This document shows, piece by piece, positions 19,599 through 29,456 of a DNA stretch of 32,000 nt (position 1 is its first letter; every line of letters begins with the position of its first letter). Under the pieces are notes generated by a model. That model saw nothing but the letters and a program-made list of their open reading frames with translations. It made no database searches and had not been told where the DNA came from. The position numbers were made by a program, and so were the translations under genes. This DNA comes from Schaalia meyeri (lineage in GTDB: Bacteria; Actinomycetota; Actinomycetes; Actinomycetales; Actinomycetaceae): NCBI RefSeq assembly GCF_900105015.1, contig NZ_FNLK01000012.1, positions 300,001-332,000 of the forward strand, written 5' to 3'.

Positions 19599-20813
19599 AT
19601 GCTCGGCACCTATCGCGACATCCTGCGCTACCGGCACACCTGGAAGTTTTCTGCAGCCGGTCTGATTCTGCGTCTACCCATGTCGATGGTGGGCCTGTCG
19701 ATCATCCTCGTTGTTCGCTCCGAATACGGCAACTACACGCTGGCGGGTTCCGTCTCGGCTATCAACGTCATCGTGATGGCCATCTGCGCGCCGATCCTGG
19801 CGCGCCTGGTGGACCGGTACGGCCAGCTGCGGGTCATGGGTCCGGCGTGGACCGTCGCCACCGTGTCGATGTGTGCGTTCCTGGCCTGCGCCGCCCTGCA
19901 CGCCCCCGAATGGACCCTCTTTGTCCCCGCGGCCATCGCGGGGGCCACGTGGGGTGCGCCGGGCGCGCTCGTGCGCTCCCGGTGGTCGACGATCCTGACC
20001 AAGCCCGGACAGCTGACGACCGCCTACGCCTTCGAATCCGCCGTGGACGAGCTGGTGTACATCCTGGGCCCGGTGCTCTCCACAGTGCTGGGCACCACGA
20101 TCCATCCGGGTACGGGCCTGGCCCTGTCCATCGTTTTCCTGTCCGTCGGCGGCGCCCTGTTCCTGTCACGCCGGGACTCGCAGCCGGCGATCATTCCTCA
20201 CGACCCGCGCGTCCATCACGAGAGCGTCATCCGCAAGCCCGTCGTCCTGGTCATGGCCGCCACGTACATCGGAATGGGTACAACCTTCGGCGCGAATGAC
20301 GTCGCCCTGGTCGCCTTCACCGAGGAGCGGGGCGTGCCCGCCCTGTCGGGCGTGCTCCTGGCGGTCTTCTCGATCGGTTCCCTCGCGGCGGCCCTGGTCT
20401 ATGGCGCACGCTCGTGGCGGCGCCCCCTGTGGCAGCTCTTCGCCATCGGCGTGGTCGCGATGGCGCTGGGAATCACCACCTACCTGCTGGCCTTCAACCT
20501 GTGGTCGCTGGCGATCATCATCCTGGCGACCGGAATGACCTGCGCTCCCACGATGACGAACGTCAACATGATCATCCAAAAGTGCGTGTCGGCGGCGAAG
20601 CTCACCGAGGGGCTGACCTGGATGTCGACCTCGATCAATCTCGGAGTCTCCCTGGGAACGGCTCTCGCCGGACCCGCCATCGACGCAGGCGGTTCGCGCG
20701 GCGGTTTCTACTGCATGCTGGGAGCCGTGTGGGCCATGGTCGTCCTCATGGCGGTCGGGTTGCCCACGCTGCGCCGCTCGCAATCCGCCCCGACACGCCT
20801 GCTGATCGACTGA
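19599..20813 (+). CDS. MFS transporter
   Basis: 404 aa with about 12 hydrophobic segments. An MFS-like loop motif, LARLVDRYGQLRV, lies between TM2 and TM3. Confidence 0.85.
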   Translation: MLGTYRDILRYRHTWKFSAAGLILRLPMSMVGLSIILVVRSEYGNYTLAGSVSAINVIVMAICAPILARLVDRYGQLRVMGPAWTVATVSMCAFLACAALHAPEWTLFVPAAIAGATWGAPGALVRSRWSTILTKPGQLTTAYAFESAVDELVYILGPVLSTVLGTTIHPGTGLALSIVFLSVGGALFLSRRDSQPAIIPHDPRVHHESVIRKPVVLVMAATYIGMGTTFGANDVALVAFTEERGVPALSGVLLAVFSIGSLAAALVYGARSWRRPLWQLFAIGVVAMALGITTYLLAFNLWSLAIIILATGMTCAPTMTNVNMIIQKCVSAAKLTEGLTWMSTSINLGVSLGTALAGPAIDAGGSRGGFYCMLGAVWAMVVLMAVGLPTLRRSQSAPTRLLID

Positions 20814-20861
20814 CCCGCATCCGCCCCAACGATTCTTGCACCCCGGGGGGCGGGAAGACCT

Positions 20862-22109
20862 ATGATTGGCCTAATGCGTTTGCAACCACCACTCATTGAC
20901 GACGAATCTCCCTCGCTCGCACTGGCCCTCACGGCCGGCGCGGGCGAGCTTGCATCGACTTTGCTGGTCGCAGCCATGTCGAAAGGCTGGTACTACCCCG
21001 GTGTCGTCGGCTTCGGTGGAATCGGATCCCAGCGAAGCGCCCGCATCCTCGGCCGCGTCCTCATGGCGCGCGGCGACGAGGGCCGCTCCTGGCTGCAAAA
21101 TAGGCGCGGCTGGCGCCAGTTCTTTAACGCGCAGGTCCCCCGTCAGCCCGTGCTGGTCACGGTCGGGAACGCGCGCAGGCTCGCCTTCGCGGACCGGGGC
21201 GGCTTCGTCGACATGACGATACTGGGGCACGGCCTGGAACCCGGCTGGCACGACGCCACCATCCAGGTCCTCCACGCGGGCGACGTGCGCGCCCTGGGGA
21301 TGTCCGAGGACACGGCCGCTAAGCTCGCCACCACCCTGCGCACCGCGACCCCCCTGCCCGCCCCGGCCTCGGCGATGCACGAGCGCCCCCGCAAGGGTCG
21401 CATCCGCGCCGGACGACCCGCGCGCGTGTGCGTGCGCATCGTCTCTGACCACGAGCATTTCGGCGTCGTCTCGGACATCGACGACACCGTCATGGTGTCC
21501 ATGCTGCCGCGCCTGGTGACCGCCGCAAAGCACGCGTTCGTCGACCGCGTTTCCTCCCGCGAGGCAGTCCCCGGCATGGCGCACCTGCTGACGACGCTCA
21601 CCACGTCCTCGGTCTCGTTGGAGGAGGTGCCCGCGGGCGTCCACTCGCCCATCATGTACCTGTCGACCGGCGCGTGGAACGTGGTGCCCACGGTTCGTTC
21701 ATTCCTGGAACGCAGCGGCTACCCCGCCGGTGGTTTCCTCATGACCGACTTCGGCCCGTCCAACACGGGTTGGTTTCGCTCCGGCCCCGAGCATAAGCGC
21801 CGCGAGCTGCGCCGCCTGGCGCGCATGTTTCCGCAGATGCGGTGGCTCCTGGTGGGCGACGACGGCCAACACGACCCCGAGATTTATGCGGAGTTCGCCC
21901 GCGAGTTCCCGCGCAACGTCGCCGGCATCGCGATCCGGTCCCTGTCCGAGATCGAACAGTTCATGGCGCACGGCAGCTTCGAGGCCATGGTCCCCGACGC
22001 GCTGTGGACCGTGCCTGAGGGCGTGCCCGTGTGGTACGGATCCGACGGCGACGCGCTGCTTCACAACATTCGAGGCCGCGACATGGCCGGGCCGCTCGCG
22101 CTGCGCTAA
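20862..22109 (+). CDS. App1-family (DUF2183) phosphatidate phosphatase-like protein
   Basis: HAD-like motifs are present: [20 protein letters not shown] and [13 protein letters not shown]. The overall pattern matches my recollection of actinobacterial DUF2183 proteins. The start is not verified. Confidence 0.7.
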   Translation: MIGLMRLQPPLIDDESPSLALALTAGAGELASTLLVAAMSKGWYYPGVVGFGGIGSQRSARILGRVLMARGDEGRSWLQNRRGWRQFFNAQVPRQPVLVTVGNARRLAFADRGGFVDMTILGHGLEPGWHDATIQVLHAGDVRALGMSEDTAAKLATTLRTATPLPAPASAMHERPRKGRIRAGRPARVCVRIVSDHEHFGVVSDIDDTVMVSMLPRLVTAAKHAFVDRVSSREAVPGMAHLLTTLTTSSVSLEEVPAGVHSPIMYLSTGAWNVVPTVRSFLERSGYPAGGFLMTDFGPSNTGWFRSGPEHKRRELRRLARMFPQMRWLLVGDDGQHDPEIYAEFAREFPRNVAGIAIRSLSEIEQFMAHGSFEAMVPDALWTVPEGVPVWYGSDGDALLHNIRGRDMAGPLALR

Positions 22110-22143
22110 GCGCGCGGGAGGATGGCCGGGGTGCCTTCGTCCG

Positions 22144-22800
22144 TCACTTCTGCTGTGTGCCCGGCATCGGCCGGCACTTGGCGGGCTGTTTGATCGTGTC
22201 GGTTGATTTCAGCACGCGCTGTACGTCCTCCGCGCTCATCGCGCCGTCGTAAAACGTGCCCAGCTCGACCTTCACGTTTGAATCCGTCGCGTCGCTCAGG
22301 CGCACGTGCGAGCCCGGAAAGAAGCGGGCCACCGAGTATGCGGCATCCACCGCGCTGGCGCCCGCCGTGATACGCACCTTGCCCGTGTATTCGACGTCCG
22401 CGTTGTCAGGTTCCTGCGTCTGGAATCCGGCGGTCTCCAGCATGTTCGAGGCCTTGCTGGCCAGTCCCGGATGCTGCGTCGTGTTAATCACCGTGACGCT
22501 CACCTGCGAGGGTGCCACCGGCTTCGAGTTCTCCGTCGGGCACGGAATGTCGCCCGTCTCGGCGTACTTGATGTACTCCGAAAAGCTGTTGCCGAAAGGA
22601 ATCGGCAGGATCCCCGTGAACACGAGGGCCGCCAGCAACGCCGCCACTATCATCACGCCGCCAATGATGGTGAACGTCGTGTTTTGGCGCTGCTGACGTT
22701 CGCGCAGGAAACGCTGGCGCGGGGTGAGGGCAGTGCGGGGCGCGTTCGGAGTACTCACAGCCTCCACCCTAGCTAATCGGGGTGGTTCGGGGCCAGGCAA
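22144..22800 (-). CDS. LytR_C domain-containing membrane-anchored protein
   Basis: It has a basic cytoplasmic N-terminus and a single TM helix (FTIIGGVMIVAALLAALVFTGIL). The C-terminal region VTVINTTQHPGLASKASNMLETAGFQT...VRITAG is typical of the LytR cell-envelope-related C-terminal domain. The track ORF starts at TTG, and the true start is uncertain. Confidence 0.7.
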   Translation of the reverse strand: MPGPEPPRLARVEAVSTPNAPRTALTPRQRFLRERQQRQNTTFTIIGGVMIVAALLAALVFTGILPIPFGNSFSEYIKYAETGDIPCPTENSKPVAPSQVSVTVINTTQHPGLASKASNMLETAGFQTQEPDNADVEYTGKVRITAGASAVDAAYSVARFFPGSHVRLSDATDSNVKVELGTFYDGAMSAEDVQRVLKSTDTIKQPAKCRPMPGTQQK

Positions 22801-22976
22801 AGCCCCGTCGCACGTGTTACATCTCGCCCGCCCGTCCCCCGCGGCGCTACAGTAAGGACACCCTCACAAGAGGCCGATCCTCTGCTCGATGGACCCACCG
22901 CGCCACGCATCCGGCGCGTGCGTGCGCCAAGCAGCCCCGGCCTCGCCACCAACCACCAACCCGAAAGAGGCAGACA

Positions 22977-24122
22977 ATGAGCTTCCTGACGCCCGACCTG
23001 CTGGCCCGCATCCACGAGCGCGCAGCAGCATCTGATGCAACGAACACGTACCCCGAACGGGACCTCGCGGATCTGCGCGACGCCGGCTACCTGTCGGCTT
23101 TCGTCCCCACCCAGTACGGTGGTGCGGGGCTGACCCTCACACAGGTCGCCGCCGAGCAAACCGCTTTAGCGAAGGCGGCGCCCGGCACCGCCCTGGGAAT
23201 CAACATGCACCAGATCATCGTCGGCCTGGGGCGCTACCTGGTGGCACACGGAAACCCGCGCGGAGAACAGATCCTGCGTGACGCGGCAGCCGGTGAGCTC
23301 TTCGGCTTCGGCATTTCGGAGCCCGGAAACGACCTGGTTCTCTTCGGGTCCACCACCCGCGCCACCCCCACAGATGGTGGCTACTCCTTCGAGGGCACCA
23401 AGATTTTTACCTCCCTGGCGCCCGTGTGGACGCGCCTGCTTATCTTTGGGCGCGCAGAAACGGAGGATGGCCCCAAGTCCGTCTTCGGTATCGTCCGCCG
23501 CGACGATCCGGGGTATTCGATCCAGGACGACTGGGACGCGCTCGGCATGCGCGCCACGCAGTCCATGACGACCCTCCTTGAGGGTGTGAGGGTGCCCGCC
23601 GAGCGCATCCTCACGGTCACGGATCCCGGCCCCAGCGCGGACCCCGTTATCTTCGGGATCTTCGCGCACTTCGAGATCCTGCTGGCCGCCACCTATCAGG
23701 GCGTGGGCGAGCGGGCGGTCGAGGTCGCGGCCGAGCACGTGGCCCGCAGGCGCTCGGTGAAGAACCAGACGACGTACTCAAACGACCCCGACATCCGTTG
23801 GCGCATCGCCGAGGCCGCCCTGCTGATGAACGCCGTCGGCCCGCAGATCCGTGAGCTGGCCCGCGACATTGACGCAGGGGTGGACCGGGGCCGTTCCTGG
23901 ATGCCGCAGCTGTCCGCCGCGAAGAACGCTGCGGCCGAGGCCACCCTGCGCGCGGTCGAACAGGCGATGCGCGCGTGTGGCGGCAGCGCCTACTACAACA
24001 CGCACGAGCTGTCGCGCCTGTATCGCGACGCGCTCGCCGGACTGTTCCAGCCCTCGGACCAAGAATCCCTGCATGCGGCGTGGGCGAACCTGATCCTGGG
24101 GCCGATCGAAACGGCCCGGTAG
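22977..24122 (+). CDS. acyl-CoA dehydrogenase family protein
   Basis: 381 aa beginning MSFLTPDLLARIHERA, with SD gaaagagg upstream. ACAD-like segments are present (YGGAGLTL, FGISEPGNDL, and the C-terminal RACGGSAYYNTHELSRLYRDA). Confidence 0.8.
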   Translation: MSFLTPDLLARIHERAAASDATNTYPERDLADLRDAGYLSAFVPTQYGGAGLTLTQVAAEQTALAKAAPGTALGINMHQIIVGLGRYLVAHGNPRGEQILRDAAAGELFGFGISEPGNDLVLFGSTTRATPTDGGYSFEGTKIFTSLAPVWTRLLIFGRAETEDGPKSVFGIVRRDDPGYSIQDDWDALGMRATQSMTTLLEGVRVPAERILTVTDPGPSADPVIFGIFAHFEILLAATYQGVGERAVEVAAEHVARRRSVKNQTTYSNDPDIRWRIAEAALLMNAVGPQIRELARDIDAGVDRGRSWMPQLSAAKNAAAEATLRAVEQAMRACGGSAYYNTHELSRLYRDALAGLFQPSDQESLHAAWANLILGPIETAR

Positions 24123-24208
24123 GCGTTCCGCGCGAGGGCAGAGCCCGGTTCCGGGCACAGCGAAGCGGGCCTCGAGGTCTTCCTCGGGGCCTGCCCACGC
24201 CGTGTGGC

Positions 24209-25417
24209 TTATTCGTTCCAGCTAAACTTTTCGGGACCGATCTCGCCGGTTGATCCGGTCATCCAGCCGGCGCGAGCCAACGCGAAGGATTGGCCGCTCT
24301 TTGTGTTCCAACAGCTGATGCCGTCCCGAGTGGAGTGGCAGGCGTAGTCGCCCTTGGTGGCCGCGGCGCCGTACGCCAGGGCGTTACCGCCGGCGGGGGC
24401 CCTGCTCACGCAGGACTGTTCCGCCTTGTCCTTCGTGGCGCTAAGAACGCCGACCTGGCCGCGCGCGCACGCGGTGTAGCCCTCTTCGGCCCAGTCGGAC
24501 TCGCCGATGCCGCAGCTGACGCTATCGGCCGTGAAGGCGCAGGTGATGTTCCCGGACGGGGACGAGAAGGAGTCCACGGTGATCGCCCCGGCCGGAGCCG
24601 GGTATTTCACGGTTTCCTCCGCGGTGGCGCTGGGAGAGGGCGTCGGCGTCGGCGAGGGGGAGGCCGTGGACGACTGGCTCGAATTGTCCCCCTTGGCGGG
24701 TCCTTCGTATCCGCGGGTAAAGACGTAGATGACGAATCCGAGCAGGACCGCCGCGACGATGCCGAGGATGATGAGGACGATGCTCATGGCGGAGAGGCCG
24801 CGATGGCCCGTGTTCTCGGCCGGGGCTGCTTCCCGCGGGGCCGTGGGCTGCACCTGGTAGGAGGCGCCCGCACCGGGGTAGGCCTGCGGCATCTGGGGGC
24901 GCGCGGGGGCCGAGGCGCTGGGGTAGACGGCGGTCCCGTCGGCTTCGCGGGGCGCGTTGCCGCCCATGATGGACTGGCGCTGCACCTGGGCGACGACCTG
25001 TTCGCGCGCCCCCACCTGCGGGACGGGGGCGCTGGAGCCAACGACCGCGGAGTACGGCGTGGTGCGTTCGACCTGGGAGTATGAGTTCACGCCCCCCTGT
25101 CCCAGGACGTACATGCCGGATTCGGAGGTGCGGATCGAGGAGCCCGCGACGGCTCCGGACACGTCGCCGTGCATGACGAGGTACCCGTCAGAATCGATGT
25201 ACCCGTCATAGTCGTCGCGTGCTTCGAGGGCGGCGTTGACCTGGGGGTCGTTGAACTGGTGCAGCCAGTCGAGCAGCCCGCGATAGGCATGGGGGTGCGC
25301 GGCGACGGCTGCGCGCAACTCGGGATAGCGGTACGCCAATTGGCGCAGCGCCTCAGCGTCGGTCGACGGGTCCTGGGCTGCCGCCGCAGGGTTGTCGAAA
25401 TGCAGCTCTTCTGCCAT
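24209..25417 (-). CDS. bitopic membrane protein: cytoplasmic helical N-domain, Pro/Ala-rich linker, one TM helix, Ser/Pro/Thr linker, Cys-rich ectodomain
   Basis: ATG 25417 with GGAG 6 nt upstream. The N-terminal motif is DPSTDAEALRQLAYRYPELRAAVAAHPHAYRGLLDWL. The TM helix is MSIVLIILGIVAAVLLGFVIYVF. The C-terminal domain of about 110 aa contains 6 Cys. Confidence 0.7.
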   Translation of the reverse strand: MAEELHFDNPAAAAQDPSTDAEALRQLAYRYPELRAAVAAHPHAYRGLLDWLHQFNDPQVNAALEARDDYDGYIDSDGYLVMHGDVSGAVAGSSIRTSESGMYVLGQGGVNSYSQVERTTPYSAVVGSSAPVPQVGAREQVVAQVQRQSIMGGNAPREADGTAVYPSASAPARPQMPQAYPGAGASYQVQPTAPREAAPAENTGHRGLSAMSIVLIILGIVAAVLLGFVIYVFTRGYEGPAKGDNSSQSSTASPSPTPTPSPSATAEETVKYPAPAGAITVDSFSSPSGNITCAFTADSVSCGIGESDWAEEGYTACARGQVGVLSATKDKAEQSCVSRAPAGGNALAYGAAATKGDYACHSTRDGISCWNTKSGQSFALARAGWMTGSTGEIGPEKFSWNE

Positions 25418-25543
25418 CAGTACTCCAGACTTCAACGGTCATGAGGTTGTTACACAATACCGCGACCGCGCGCCCCAGGCGAATACTTACCTCCTGTTAT
25501 TCCCACGATGCAAAGCTGTCATCCGATAAAACACCTACGAATC

Positions 25544-26350
25544 CTAGCGGAAGGTGAAGCTGTCAAAGCCGAGAGCTTCGATGTCGGCCGCGAGCGAGCG
25601 CACCTGGTCATCCCAGCCGGGGCGCGCGGCGACAAATCCGGCCGGAGCGCCTACCTGGCGGGCCTGCTGGAGGGCGAAACAGCGCACCCCCATGTCGCGG
25701 GCCGCGCGCGCCACGTCGAGGCCGTCGCTGGGCCCGTCGGGGTAAACGGTGAGCCGCACCTCGTGGTCCACCTCGGGGTGGTCGAGGATGACCCCCAGGG
25801 ATTCCCACGCGCGCCCGCCCGCTCCCACCCTGCCGGCCACGGCCTGGTAGTTCGCGGGCGTTGCCTTAATGTCGATGCCAACCCAGTCGACCAGGCCTGC
25901 GTCCAGCAGGTCAGCGAGGCGACCCGGGTAGGGGCCGGCGGTGTGCAGGCCGACGCTAAAGCCGAGCTCACGCACGCGGGCCATGGCTGCGCCCAGGGCG
26001 ATTTGTCGGGTCGCCTCGCCACCGGAGAACACAACCCCGTCGAGGAGGCCTCGCCTGCGCGCCAGGAGTTCCTCCAGGGAGCTCCATGCGACCACCCCGG
26101 GGATACGCGGGTCGATGATTGCGCTGTTGTGGCAGTAGGGGCACGCCCACGGGCACCCCTGAAGGAACAGGGAGGCGACGAATTTACCGGGCCAATCGAC
26201 GGTCGACAGGGGGACCATGCCCGCGATCTGCAGGTCTTCCGGCGTCCATATCCTGCCGGCCTTCCCCCCGGTGATCCCGCGACCGCCCCCCGGGTTCGCC
26301 GCGGCGTTCCGGGGGGATTTTGGGCCGCCGTCCGGGGGCCTACCGGTCAC
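25544..26350 (-). CDS. nrdG: anaerobic ribonucleoside-triphosphate reductase activating protein (radical SAM)
   Basis: Contains IAGMVPLSTVDWPGKFVASLFLQGCPWACPYCHN (a CxxxCxxC radical-SAM cluster) and FSGGEAT. The start is assigned to GTG 26350, overlapping the nrdD stop as GTGA. The ATG at 26218 would remove the conserved IAG segment. The long upstream part of the track ORF is rejected. Confidence 0.85.
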   Translation of the reverse strand: MTGRPPDGGPKSPRNAAANPGGGRGITGGKAGRIWTPEDLQIAGMVPLSTVDWPGKFVASLFLQGCPWACPYCHNSAIIDPRIPGVVAWSSLEELLARRRGLLDGVVFSGGEATRQIALGAAMARVRELGFSVGLHTAGPYPGRLADLLDAGLVDWVGIDIKATPANYQAVAGRVGAGGRAWESLGVILDHPEVDHEVRLTVYPDGPSDGLDVARAARDMGVRCFALQQARQVGAPAGFVAARPGWDDQVRSLAADIEALGFDSFTFR

Positions 26351-28215
26351 GTCAGGCTTTCCGCCGGTGGGAACGCGCTGACGAGTTCGCCGTGGGCGTC
26401 GGCGGCGTTCTCTGAGAACATCTGGCGCTCGTGGTATTCGCCCTTCTTGCCGATATTGAATGACTGGACGGGGCGGAAGTATCCCATGACGCGCGTCCAC
26501 ACCTCGCAGGTCTGGGGCTCGGCGTCCGGGTGGGCGGCGGCGCACTTGTCGCAGGTGAAGTGTTCGCCCGTCAGGTATCCGTGGACCGGGCAGATCGAGA
26601 AGGTAGGCGTGATCGTGATGTAGGGGACCTTGAAGGCGGTGAGCGAGCGGCGGACCATTTCCTTGCAGGCCGCTCCGGAAGAGACGCGCTCCCCCATGTA
26701 CAGGTGCAGCACCGTGCCTCCCGTGTACTTGCCCTGCAGGATCTCTTGGTTTTCGAGGGCACAGAAGGGGTCGTCCGTGTAGCCGACGGGCAGCTGCGAG
26801 GAGTTCGTGTAGTAGGGTTCCGCTTCCGTTCCGGCCTGGATGATGTCGCGGTAGCGCTTGCGGTCTTCCTTCGCGAAGCGGTAGGTGGTGCCTTCGGCGG
26901 GCGTGGCCTCAAGGTTGTACATGTGGCCGGTCGCCTCCTGCAGCTCGACCATGCGCTCACGCACCCGGTCCAGGATTCGCACGCACATGTCGAAGCCTCG
27001 CGGGTCCGTCAGGTCGTAGGCGTCGTCGCTGAAGTTGCGCACCATCTCGTTCATGCCGTTGACGCCGATCGTGGAAAAGTGGTTGTCCAGCGTTCCCAGG
27101 TAGCGCTTCGAGTAGGGGAACAGGCCGTGGTCCATGTGGTACTGGATGGTCTCGCGCTTGATTTCCAGGGATCGGGAGGCCAGGTCGATGAGGTGGTCCA
27201 TCTGTGCGACCAGGCCGGCCTCGTCGCCCTTGTGGAGGTAGCCCAGGCGTGCCATGTTCAGCGTGACCACACCGATGGATCCCGTCAGTTCGGCGGAGCC
27301 GAACAGGCCGTTGCCGCGCTTGAGCAGCTCGCGCAGGTCCAGCTGCAGGCGGCAGCACATGGAGCGGATCATGTGGGGATCCAGGTCGGAGTTGATGAAG
27401 TTTTGGAAGTAGGGCAGGCCGTACTTCGCGGTCATGTCGAACAGGGCGTCAACGTTCTCGCCATCCCAGTCGAAGTCGGGGGTGATGTTGTAGGTCGGGA
27501 TCGGGAACGTGAAGACGCGGCCGTCCGCGTCGCCACCCGTCATCACCTCGATGAACGCGCGGTTGATGAGGGTCATTTCCCGCTGCAGCTCGCCGTAGGT
27601 GAAGTCGACGACCTCTTCGCCGATCATCGGGTGTTCGTCGGCCAGGTCGTCCGGGCACGTCCAGTCGAAGGTCAGGTTGGTGAACGGACACTGGCTGCCC
27701 CAGCGTGAGGGCACGTTCAGGTTGTAGATGAGTTCCTGCATGCACTGGACGACCTGTTCGTACGTCATGTCGTCCAGGCGCACGAAGGGAGCCATGTACG
27801 TGTCGAAGGAGGAGAAAGCCTGGGCGCCCGCCCACTCGTTCTGGAGCGTGCCCAGGAAGTTCACGATCTGGCCGCACGCGGAGGAGAAGTGGCGAGGCGG
27901 GGCGGAGGCGATCGCGCCACTCACGCCGTTGAAGCCCTCTTGGATGAGGCGTTTGAGGGACCACCCCGCGCAGTAACCGGCGAACATGTCCAGGTCGTGG
28001 ATGTGGTAGTCGCCGACGCGGTGGGGGGCCGCAATCTCGGGCGTGTAGACGTGTTCCAGCCAGTAGTTGGCGACGATCTTGCCCGCCGAGTTCAGGACCA
28101 ACCCCCCGAGCGAATATCCCTGGTTGGCGTTGGCGTTGACTCGCCAATCGGAGCGGTCGAGGTATTCCTCCACGGTTGCGATGGCGTCGACGTCGTATCG
28201 AGCTGCGCTGGTCAT
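26347..28215 (-). CDS. nrdD: anaerobic ribonucleoside-triphosphate reductase (class III)
   Basis: 622 aa. It has a C-terminal zinc-ribbon region (CPVHGYL..FTCDKC) followed by the glycyl-radical region TRVMGYFRPVQSFNIGKKGE. nrdG lies immediately downstream. Confidence 0.93.
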   Translation of the reverse strand: MTSAARYDVDAIATVEEYLDRSDWRVNANANQGYSLGGLVLNSAGKIVANYWLEHVYTPEIAAPHRVGDYHIHDLDMFAGYCAGWSLKRLIQEGFNGVSGAIASAPPRHFSSACGQIVNFLGTLQNEWAGAQAFSSFDTYMAPFVRLDDMTYEQVVQCMQELIYNLNVPSRWGSQCPFTNLTFDWTCPDDLADEHPMIGEEVVDFTYGELQREMTLINRAFIEVMTGGDADGRVFTFPIPTYNITPDFDWDGENVDALFDMTAKYGLPYFQNFINSDLDPHMIRSMCCRLQLDLRELLKRGNGLFGSAELTGSIGVVTLNMARLGYLHKGDEAGLVAQMDHLIDLASRSLEIKRETIQYHMDHGLFPYSKRYLGTLDNHFSTIGVNGMNEMVRNFSDDAYDLTDPRGFDMCVRILDRVRERMVELQEATGHMYNLEATPAEGTTYRFAKEDRKRYRDIIQAGTEAEPYYTNSSQLPVGYTDDPFCALENQEILQGKYTGGTVLHLYMGERVSSGAACKEMVRRSLTAFKVPYITITPTFSICPVHGYLTGEHFTCDKCAAAHPDAEPQTCEVWTRVMGYFRPVQSFNIGKKGEYHERQMFSENAADAHGELVSAFPPAESLT

Positions 28216-28440
28216 GATCCCTGTCCTGTCTGGTTTTTACCCGTTGAATTGTCTGCCGCGGCGCGCCGGAGTCCTGCCCACTCCTGCGGACGCCGAAAAC
28301 TGCGGTCGCACTATGCGCGTTCGACGCGTCGACACTCCTAGACGCTGCTGCACGTCGGCGCGTTCGTGGCGTCGTGGGCAGCGGCTCGCGCTACCGCCCG
28401 CCCTGGATGAATCCCAGATATGGGCCCCACTCAGTATTGA

Positions 28441-28488
28441 ACACTAGATGTAGTGCTTGGGTCGAACAGTAGCCACTGTATCTAGTAT
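28441..28488. promoter_or_regulatory. two tandem NrdR boxes upstream of nrdDG
   Basis: acactagatgtagtgc (28441-28456) matches the 16-bp palindromic NrdR consensus acaCwAtATaTwGtgt at 13/16 positions. ccactgtatctagtat (28473-28488) matches at 12/16. Centre-to-centre spacing is 32 bp, about three helical turns. Confidence 0.6.
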
Positions 28489-28672
28489 CCATCGCGCGGC
28501 GCGCACCCTCCTCGCGAGTCGGCGCGTTCCATCCATCACGTCACCCCCGATCCACCACCTTTATGGGACTAAGGTCCTATCCGCGCTTGCTTGGCCGCTC
28601 AGGTCCAACCGGCTGCGACTGCGCCCTCCGCTGGCCCCACCGCGAGCCAACGCACGGGTCCCGCTTAACACA

Positions 28673-29197
28673 TCAGATCAAGAAGGGCAGCTTCCTCACC
28701 AGGCGCAACCTCTTCCACCAGCCGCCCAGGCCGAGCGTATCGCCGGCACTCGCGAGGGGAATGAGAACCAGGATCATCGCGTCAACCAGGTGCTCACTGA
28801 CCACAGGATTGAGAGAGCCCCACACCCAGGGCGCGGTTGCCACGTACATGAATCCCATCATGACAACCCCGGCGAGGGCCGCGAGGCGTGTCCCGATACC
28901 CAGCATGAGCGCCAGCCCGATACCGAGCAGGCCAACCATGAACACCCAGTCGATCGCGGGCACCGCCAGGGACTGGAAGAAACCGGCCAGAGGCTTGCCA
29001 CCGGTCGCGTTCACCAGGTAGCTCTGAGCGGGCGTGCCCCCGTTGATCCACGCGCGCGACGGTCCGGTGGGAAAGTGCAGGCCGAAAGTTTTATCCAGGA
29101 AGGCCCACAGGAAAACAAAGCCGATCGCGATGCGCAGCAACCCCAGGACTATGCGAGCGCTCGCGGAGGTAACGACGGCTGAGGAGGGGCGATGCAT
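28673..29197 (-). CDS. DoxX-family membrane protein
   Basis: 174 aa with four hydrophobic segments. The N-terminal LLRIAIGFVFLWAFLDK motif is typical of DoxX/DoxD-like proteins. Confidence 0.75.
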   Translation of the reverse strand: MHRPSSAVVTSASARIVLGLLRIAIGFVFLWAFLDKTFGLHFPTGPSRAWINGGTPAQSYLVNATGGKPLAGFFQSLAVPAIDWVFMVGLLGIGLALMLGIGTRLAALAGVVMMGFMYVATAPWVWGSLNPVVSEHLVDAMILVLIPLASAGDTLGLGGWWKRLRLVRKLPFLI

Positions 29198-29456
29198 GTC
29201 GGTTCCTTCATCTCGTGACGGCGATCAAGCGATCCACTCCATTATCCAACTGATCGCAGCGCGCGGGGCACAGGCCACACCGACGCACCCGAGTCGCCGC
29301 GCCTACCGGCAGCCTCACACCGGTATCACCGGCGGCCAGAATCAGGTATCAATCCGCCCGCAACAACATCGCCCGAATGGCACCAAAAATCCAAGATGCG
29401 CCGATTCCGCTCCGGGCAGAGCGCGGCGGGGGGCAGGAAGCCAGCGGCCGCGACGC

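Noticed and set aside
28472-28478. gccactg resembling the conserved core of the cobalamin riboswitch B12 box.
   Set aside because: It is on the wrong strand relative to nrdD. The rest of the B12-element consensus is absent. The heptamer is part of the second NrdR-box palindrome.
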